From IMG/VR virus record IMGVR_UViG_2778261535_000006, positions 1 through 21,603 of that record: a stretch of 21,603 bases of DNA, one strand, 5' to 3'. This document shows, one piece after another, positions 16,625 through 21,603 of this stretch. Position 1 is the first letter of the stretch; each line of letters opens with the position of its first letter. The notes below the pieces were generated by a model, which was not told where the DNA came from, ran no database searches, and saw only the letters and a list, made by a program, of their open reading frames with translations. The translations under genes and the position numbers were made by a program. The stretch comes from a virus. Lineage: Duplodnaviria > Heunggongvirae > Uroviricota > Caudoviricetes.

Positions 16625-16662
16625 TAGCAAAACGTGTTTTGACCATCAATACGCAAGCGTAT
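16598..16662. promoter_or_regulatory. OR-like operator cluster between the cro-like and repressor genes
   Basis: Imperfect palindromes TAATAGCAATGCGTATTA (16598..16615) and ATACGCAAGCGTAT (16649..16662) plus AATAGCAA at 16623..16630; the same AATAGCAAT motif recurs at the OL-like site. Confidence 0.4.
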
Positions 16663-16674
16663 AAATTAAAACTT

Positions 16675-17367
16675 ATGAAAAAAGAAACTCTTGCTGATCG
16701 CTTAAACCTAGCGATGGAACAATCTGGGATGTCTCAAGGCGCTCTTGCAAAGGCGTCTGGCGTAGCTCAACCCACAATCTGGAGACTGACAAGCGGCAAC
16801 GCGCGCGGCTCAACAAAAATTGTTGAAATAGCTAATGCATTGGGTGTTCGAACAGAGTGGCTCTCATCAGGCATAGGCCCGATGAGAAATGACGGTCAAC
16901 AATCAGGGAAGCCTACTGTCAACCATTCCAAATACTTCAAGATTGACGTTCTTGATATAGAAGTGAGTGCCGGGCCGGGAGTCATCAACCGTGAGTTTGT
17001 AGAAGTCCTACGCTCGGTTGAGTACTCGTTTGACGATGCTCGTCACATGTTCGATGGCAGGAAGGCGGAAAATATCCGCATCATTAACGTGCGTGGTGAC
17101 AGCATGTCAGGAACGATCGAACCAGGTGATCTGCTGTTCGTTGATATCACGGTTAAATCTTTCGACGGTGATGGCATCTATGCGTTTCTGTACGACGACA
17201 CCGCCCATGTAAAGCGCCTGCAAATGATGAAGGATAAGCTGCTGGTTATCTCTGATAACAAGAGCTACTCACCGTGGGACCCGATCGAGAAAGACGAGAT
17301 GAACCGGGTGTTCATCTTCGGTAAGGTTATTGGGAGCATGCCCCAGACGTACAGGAAACATGGATAA
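16675..17367 (+). CDS. CI-like prophage repressor (N-terminal HTH, C-terminal S24 LexA-like autopeptidase)
   Basis: HTH MSQGALAKASGVAQPTIWRL; peptidase motifs GDSM (Ser) and HVKRLQ (Lys). Start uncertain: ATG 16675 (MKKETLADRL...) has no SD and may be leaderless, whereas the track start 16618 lies inside the putative pR -35. Confidence 0.8.
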   Translation: MKKETLADRLNLAMEQSGMSQGALAKASGVAQPTIWRLTSGNARGSTKIVEIANALGVRTEWLSSGIGPMRNDGQQSGKPTVNHSKYFKIDVLDIEVSAGPGVINREFVEVLRSVEYSFDDARHMFDGRKAENIRIINVRGDSMSGTIEPGDLLFVDITVKSFDGDGIYAFLYDDTAHVKRLQMMKDKLLVISDNKSYSPWDPIEKDEMNRVFIFGKVIGSMPQTYRKHG

Positions 17368-17433
17368 TCAGTACTGTGCTGATGAGTCGTTTAGGGGATA
17401 GTAAATTTAATTAGAATTAGACGAGAGCGATTT

Positions 17434-18297
17434 ATGGATTGTGACGCTTTACAGGATATAAAAATCTCTCTTAGGTATGACGGAAAAGATGCTTTAAATC
17501 ATGAAATAGATTTGAACTGCCTAGGAGAATCCCTAAAGGGTTTTTCTAAAGTTCTCTCAACAGCAGCTTCTTTCTCTGTTACACAAAAATATAGTAAATA
17601 CATTAATTATCAGGAAGTTAAGGTTTACGCACGCGAAGCAAAAGCTAACTGCTTTACTCTTGAAGCAGTTCTTAACTTCGCCACTCAGAACCAGTTGTTC
17701 TCGGGGATCGCCGCAACTATACTTGGCGCAATACTACAATATATTTTTGCGAGAAATTCTAACAAGAAAGATGAAATGAAAGCTTTGCAGCAGTCACTTG
17801 AAAAGGCCATAGAGGCACTAGGAAACAAGGATGCTGGAACCATTGATAAGTTGATCTCTTTGATTGACCGAATGGCTGTAGAGCTTCGCCCCTCTGTAAG
17901 GCAGGCAGTATCACCTATTGGTAATACTTGCGATCAGATAAGTGTTGCAACAAATGTTGACGGCTGCCTTCTAAAAGTTAACGAGAGAGATAAAGCTGAA
18001 ATTGATAGGCTTGATGATGATGAAGTTCTCGGTCTTCGTGAGTATCGTGCTTTTCTTACAGAATTTGATGCACAAAATATGACAGCTAAAATAATTTTAG
18101 ATGGTGATGACTCAAAAAAGAGAATCACTGCTGAAATTAGCGATCCAGCTGCAGGAAAGAAGAATAACCCGTATATTAGAGCTCTTAGTGCATATATATC
18201 AACCAAAGGTGATCCATCTGCAGTATTCACTATAACCGCAAAGGCTACTGTTAAAAAAGGCCAGATAAACAGGTTATTTATTGTAGATGCGAAATGA
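17434..18297 (+). CDS. Hypothetical 287-aa protein, AT-rich, in the rexAB position downstream of the repressor
   Basis: Clean ORF with its own terminator; one central hydrophobic segment ([19 protein letters not shown]) followed by a predicted helical Lys/Glu-rich region; no motif I recognise. Spot counts on three 60-nt lines give 40%, 42% and 28% GC. Confidence 0.7.
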   Translation: MDCDALQDIKISLRYDGKDALNHEIDLNCLGESLKGFSKVLSTAASFSVTQKYSKYINYQEVKVYAREAKANCFTLEAVLNFATQNQLFSGIAATILGAILQYIFARNSNKKDEMKALQQSLEKAIEALGNKDAGTIDKLISLIDRMAVELRPSVRQAVSPIGNTCDQISVATNVDGCLLKVNERDKAEIDRLDDDEVLGLREYRAFLTEFDAQNMTAKIILDGDDSKKRITAEISDPAAGKKNNPYIRALSAYISTKGDPSAVFTITAKATVKKGQINRLFIVDAK

Positions 18298-18301
18298 TTT
18301 C

Positions 18302-18328
18302 CCCGGCCGTCGTGCCGGGTTTTCTTTT
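18302..18328 (+). terminator. Intrinsic terminator ending the repressor operon
   Basis: CCCGGC-cgtcgt-GCCGGG followed by TTTTCTTTT, 5 nt after the stop codon of the 287-aa gene. Confidence 0.65.
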
Positions 18329-18450
18329 GCCTCCCCTCATCACACACCGTTCAAAAAACCACCATAACCCCCGCTTCAGTTATCGCTATGCGATGCAAGT
18401 CACAAAATTAATTCCTTTTGCTATCAAACAGTTAATATCAAAATGCATCA

Positions 18451-18496
18451 ATCAATAGCAATAAGTATTGATATCACTAATAGCAATAGCTATTAT
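18451..18496 (+). promoter_or_regulatory. Putative pL with OL-like operators
   Basis: -35 TTGATA (18468..18473), 17-nt spacer, -10 TATTAT (18491..18496). Palindromes TAATAGC-aata-GCTATTA (18478..18495) and ATCAATA-gcaataag-TATTGAT (18451..18472) overlap the promoter. Confidence 0.5.
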
Positions 18497-18773
18497 CACC
18501 ATGTCGCAACAACACAACGATACGGCAACCACCTGATTCGCCGTTGCGATGACCGCTTAGATCCGCAGCTTGAATTTCAGCAGGCTCCGGGGAGTGCGAG
18601 GGGTGAAGCGGACGCGTGAACGTCGGTGTGACCAGCTGAAATCAACTCAACACTTCATACCTCAGTCGCTTCAACGAGGCGGCTTAGTTATGACAACCGG
18701 CGGCCATCCACCGCCTGAATACGCGCAGAAGTCTCTATATGTTCAGCAGCCCAGCTTACGGGCAGGAGTTTTT

Positions 18774-18980
18774 ATGGTTCATCAACATTACGGAACTCAG
18801 ACCGTTAATCGCGGTGCCGTCCGGCCAGGTATGCTGGTTAAACACAAAGATGGTACCTGGACGGCATCAGCTAATTTGCGCGGTCGGCTTTACTTGCATC
18901 GCGGCATCGAACGAACGTACACAAAAGATTTGCTCGTGGAGGTTTACCTGAATGGTACTGGCGGTGGTCTGAGCCACTAA
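18774..18980 (+). CDS. Hypothetical 68-aa protein; the frame is open back to a TTG at 18570 with an Arg-rich N-terminus
   Basis: ATG 18774 has a strong RBS (GCAGGAG, 6 nt). The upstream in-frame extension encodes RLRGVRGVKRTRERR, reminiscent of an N-type arginine-rich motif, but the start codon is unproven. Confidence 0.35.
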   Translation: MVHQHYGTQTVNRGAVRPGMLVKHKDGTWTASANLRGRLYLHRGIERTYTKDLLVEVYLNGTGGGLSH

Positions 18981-18984
18981 CTAC

Positions 18985-19291
18985 TCACTTGTTTGGGCCG
19001 TGTGGAGCCAAAGCAAATTCAAGGTTGTAGATACTCCCATCAGGGGCTTTGAAATCAACCTCAAACCGAGATGGCGGATTGAATGGATCGAGTACATTTT
19101 CTGCTACGCATGTAGATCTCCAATTGATATGGCCTTTGCCAAGCGAGCGAGATTCCCACCAAGCTCTCCAGGTCTGGTCTTGCGGTTGATCACTCCCCTT
19201 TTCCCTTACATACCAATGATTCTTTTTCGACTGCTTACCCATTTCTGCGGTTGGGTACATCGGAGAAGACTTTAACTTATCAATCAGCATT
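18985..19291 (-). CDS. Hypothetical Trp-rich protein (~101 aa) antisense to the pL operon
   Basis: ATG 19291 with AAGGTG 7 nt upstream; reads more like a protein than the overlapping plus-strand ORF 19000..19275; no family recognised. Confidence 0.4.
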
Positions 19292-19428
19292 CTAGACACC
19301 TTATTTATCAGATTTTGAGCAAGACATAGTGTGATCCAACATTTTGATTAATCAAGCGAGTTCATTCAAACAACTATGCAGTTAACGCACTGTCTGGATC
19401 CGCACATCAAAATTTCAGGAGTTTATCC

Positions 19429-19725
19429 ATGAACGCTTATTACATTCAGGATCGTCTTGAGGCTCAGAGCTGGGCGCGTCACTACCAGCAGATCGCCCGT
19501 GAAGAGAAAGAGGCAGAACTGGCAGACGACATGGAAAAAGGCCTGCCCCAGCACCTGTTTGAATCGCTATGCATCGATCATTTGCAACGCCACGGGGCCA
19601 GCAAAAAAGCCATTACCCGTGCGTTTGATGACGATGTTGAGTTTCAGGAGCGCATGGCAGAACACATCCAGTACATGGTTGAAACCATTGCTCACCACCA
19701 GGTTGATATTGATTCAGAGGTATAA
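19429..19725 (+). CDS. gam: Gam (RecBCD inhibitor), short form
   Basis: [60 protein letters not shown]... matches the lambda Gam C-terminal 98 aa; CAGGAG RBS. Confidence 0.95.
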   Translation: MNAYYIQDRLEAQSWARHYQQIAREEKEAELADDMEKGLPQHLFESLCIDHLQRHGASKKAITRAFDDDVEFQERMAEHIQYMVETIAHHQVDIDSEV

Positions 19726-19730
19726 AACGG

Positions 19731-20516
19731 ATGAGTACAGCACTCGCAACGCTGGCAGGGAAGCTGGCTGAACGTGTCGGCATGGATTCTGTCGACCCAC
19801 AGGAACTGATCACCACTCTTCGCCAGACGGCATTTAAAGGTGATGCCAGCGATGCGCAGTTCATCGCATTGTTGATCGTCGCCAACCAGTACGGCCTTAA
19901 TCCGTGGACGAAAGAAATTTACGCCTTCCCTGATAAGCAGAACGGCATCGTTCCGGTGGTGGGCGTTGATGGCTGGTCCCGCATCATCAATGAAAACCAG
20001 CAGTTTGATGGCATGGACTTTGAGCAGGACAATGAATCCTGTACATGCCGGATTTACCGCAAGGACCGTAATCATCCGATCTGCGTTACCGAATGGATGG
20101 ATGAATGCCGCCGCGAACCATTCAAAACTCGCGAAGGCAGAGAAATCACGGGGCCGTGGCAGTCGCATCCCAAACGGATGTTACGGCATAAAGCCATGAT
20201 TCAGTGTGCCCGTCTGGCCTTCGGATTTGCTGGTATCTATGACAAGGATGAAGCCGAGCGCATTGTCGAAAATACTGCATACACTGCAGAACGTCAGCCA
20301 GAACGCGACATCACTCCGGTTAACGATGAAACCATGCAGGAGATTAACACTCTGCTGATCGCCCTGGATAAAACATGGGATGACGACTTATTGCCGCTCT
20401 GTTCCCAGATATTTCGCCGCGACATTCGCGCATCGTCAGAACTGACACAGGCCGAAGCAGTGAAAGCTCTTGGATTCCTGAAACAGAAAGCCACTGAGCA
20501 GAAGGTGGCAGCATGA
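19731..20516 (+). CDS. bet: Bet (Red-beta single-strand annealing protein)
   Basis: [66 protein letters not shown]... matches lambda Bet, 261 aa. Confidence 0.95.
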   Translation: MSTALATLAGKLAERVGMDSVDPQELITTLRQTAFKGDASDAQFIALLIVANQYGLNPWTKEIYAFPDKQNGIVPVVGVDGWSRIINENQQFDGMDFEQDNESCTCRIYRKDRNHPICVTEWMDECRREPFKTREGREITGPWQSHPKRMLRHKAMIQCARLAFGFAGIYDKDEAERIVENTAYTAERQPERDITPVNDETMQEINTLLIALDKTWDDDLLPLCSQIFRRDIRASSELTQAEAVKALGFLKQKATEQKVAA

Positions 20517-21193
20517 CACCGGACATTATCCTGCAGCGTACCGGGATCGACGTGAGAGCTGTCGAACAGGGGGATGATGCATGGCACAAATTACGGCTCG
20601 GCGTCATCACCGCTTCAGAAGTTCACAACGTGATAGCAAAGCCCCGCTCAGGAAAGAAGTGGCCTGACATGAAAATGTCCTACTTCCACACCCTGCTGGC
20701 TGAGGTTTGCACCGGTGTGGCTCCGGAAGTTAATGCTAAGGCGCTGGCCTGGGGAAAACAGTACGAGAACGACGCCAGAACCCTGTTTGAATTCACTTCC
20801 GGCGTGAATGTTACTGAATCCCCGATCATCTATCGCGACGAAAGTATGCGCACCGCCTGCTCTCCCGATGGTTTATGCAGTGACGGCAACGGCCTTGAAC
20901 TGAAATGCCCGTTTACCTCCCGGGATTTCATGAAGTTCCGGCTCGGTGGTTTCGAGGCCATAAAATCGGCTTACATGGCCCAGGTGCAGTACAGCATGTG
21001 GGTGACGCGAAAAGATGCCTGGTACTTTGCCAACTATGACCCGCGTATGAAGCGTGAAGGCCTGCATTATGTCGTGATTGAGCGGAATGAAAAGTACATG
21101 GCGAATTTTGACGAGATGGTGCCGGAGTTCATCGAAAAAATGGACGTGGCACTGGCTGAAATTGGTTTTGTATTTGGGGAGCAATGGCGATGA
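20513..21193 (+). CDS. exo: Exo (Red-alpha 5'-3' exonuclease)
   Basis: [65 protein letters not shown]... matches lambda Exo, 226 aa; ATGA overlap with bet. Confidence 0.95.
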   Translation: MTPDIILQRTGIDVRAVEQGDDAWHKLRLGVITASEVHNVIAKPRSGKKWPDMKMSYFHTLLAEVCTGVAPEVNAKALAWGKQYENDARTLFEFTSGVNVTESPIIYRDESMRTACSPDGLCSDGNGLELKCPFTSRDFMKFRLGGFEAIKSAYMAQVQYSMWVTRKDAWYFANYDPRMKREGLHYVVIERNEKYMANFDEMVPEFIEKMDVALAEIGFVFGEQWR

Positions 21194-21372
21194 AGCATCC
21201 TCACGATAATATCCGGGTAGGCGCGATCACTTTCATCTACTCCGTTACAAAGCGAGGCTGGGTATTTCCCGGCCTTTCTGTTATCAGAAATCCACTGAAA
21301 GCACAGCGGCTGGCTGAGGCGATAAATAATAAACGGGAGGCGGTATGCACAAAGCATCTCCTGTTGAGTTAA
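21190..21372 (+). CDS. lambda orf60a-like protein
   Basis: [59 protein letters not shown] matches lambda orf60a as I recall it. Confidence 0.8.
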   Translation: MKHPHDNIRVGAITFIYSVTKRGWVFPGLSVIRNPLKAQRLAEAINNKREAVCTKHLLLS

Positions 21373-21536
21373 GAACGAGTATTGAGATGGCACATAGCCT
21401 TGCTCAAATTGGAGTCAGGTTTGTGCCAATACCAGTAGAAACAGACGAAGAATTTCATACGTTAGCCACATCCCTTTCACAAAAGCTGGAAATGATGGTG
21501 GCGAAAGCAGAAGCAGATGAGAGAGACCAGGTATGA
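21345..21536 (+). CDS. lambda orf63-like protein
   Basis: [61 protein letters not shown] matches lambda orf63 as I recall it. Confidence 0.8.
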   Translation: MHKASPVELRTSIEMAHSLAQIGVRFVPIPVETDEEFHTLATSLSQKLEMMVAKAEADERDQV

Positions 21537-21603
21537 CAACCACTGAATGCATTTTTCTGGCAGCGGGCTTCATATTCTGTGTGCTTATGCTTGCCGACAT
21601 GGG
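21533..21603 (+). CDS. lambda orf61-like protein, N-terminal fragment (continues beyond window)
   Basis: ATG 21533 overlaps the orf63 stop (ATGA); MTTTECIFLAAGFIFCVLMLADMG is hydrophobic and in the expected position after orf63. Confidence 0.5.
   Translation, partial: MTTTECIFLAAGFIFCVLMLADM

Noticed and set aside
17934-18347. Minus-strand 137-aa ORF antisense to the 287-aa immunity-region gene
   Set aside because: No RBS, and it would read through the plus-strand terminator; the plus-strand ORF is longer with a clean start and stop.
19000-19275. Plus-strand 91-aa ORF overlapping the minus-strand Trp-rich ORF
   Set aside because: Hydrophobic, Cys-rich text with no RBS; the minus-strand frame has an RBS and more protein-like composition. 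Only one of the two can plausibly be real, and strand is still unverified.
19613-20610. Minus-strand ORFs (19613..19885, 19692..20168, 20294..20587, 20344..20610) across gam, bet and exo
   Set aside because: Antisense to genes that match lambda Gam, Bet and Exo almost residue for residue.

Overview
This window is an internal segment of a mosaic lambdoid prophage of enterobacterial (E. coli-like) type; neither attachment site nor integrase is in the window. Reading right to left on the minus strand: a Cro-like/YdaT-like early module, lambda-type O (with internal ori iterons), P and ren, a nin-type region (ninB, ninE, ybcO-like, rusA), a Q-like gene, a lysis cassette (holin, lambda-like R, Rz with embedded Rz1), an HNH endonuclease, small and large terminase, a capsid gene remnant, head-tail connector genes, major tail protein, a G/GT chaperone pair with an A-AAA-AAG frameshift site, and the start of the tape measure gene. 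On the plus strand: a CI-like LexA-type repressor, an AT-rich 287-aa gene of unknown function, OL/pL, then lambda-type gam, bet, exo, orf60a and orf63. Two main observations: (1) no portal, prohead protease or N-terminal capsid sequence lies between the large terminase and the capsid C-terminal fragment, so the prophage appears defective for head assembly; (2) the 287-aa gene sits exactly where lambda carries rexAB, which makes it the best candidate for an undescribed exclusion or defence function. Smaller accessory (moron-like) genes lie between GT and the tape measure gene, between ren and ninB, between the lysis genes and HNH, and between pL and gam. All homology statements rest on by-eye comparison with remembered protein sequences and on synteny; no database search was run.
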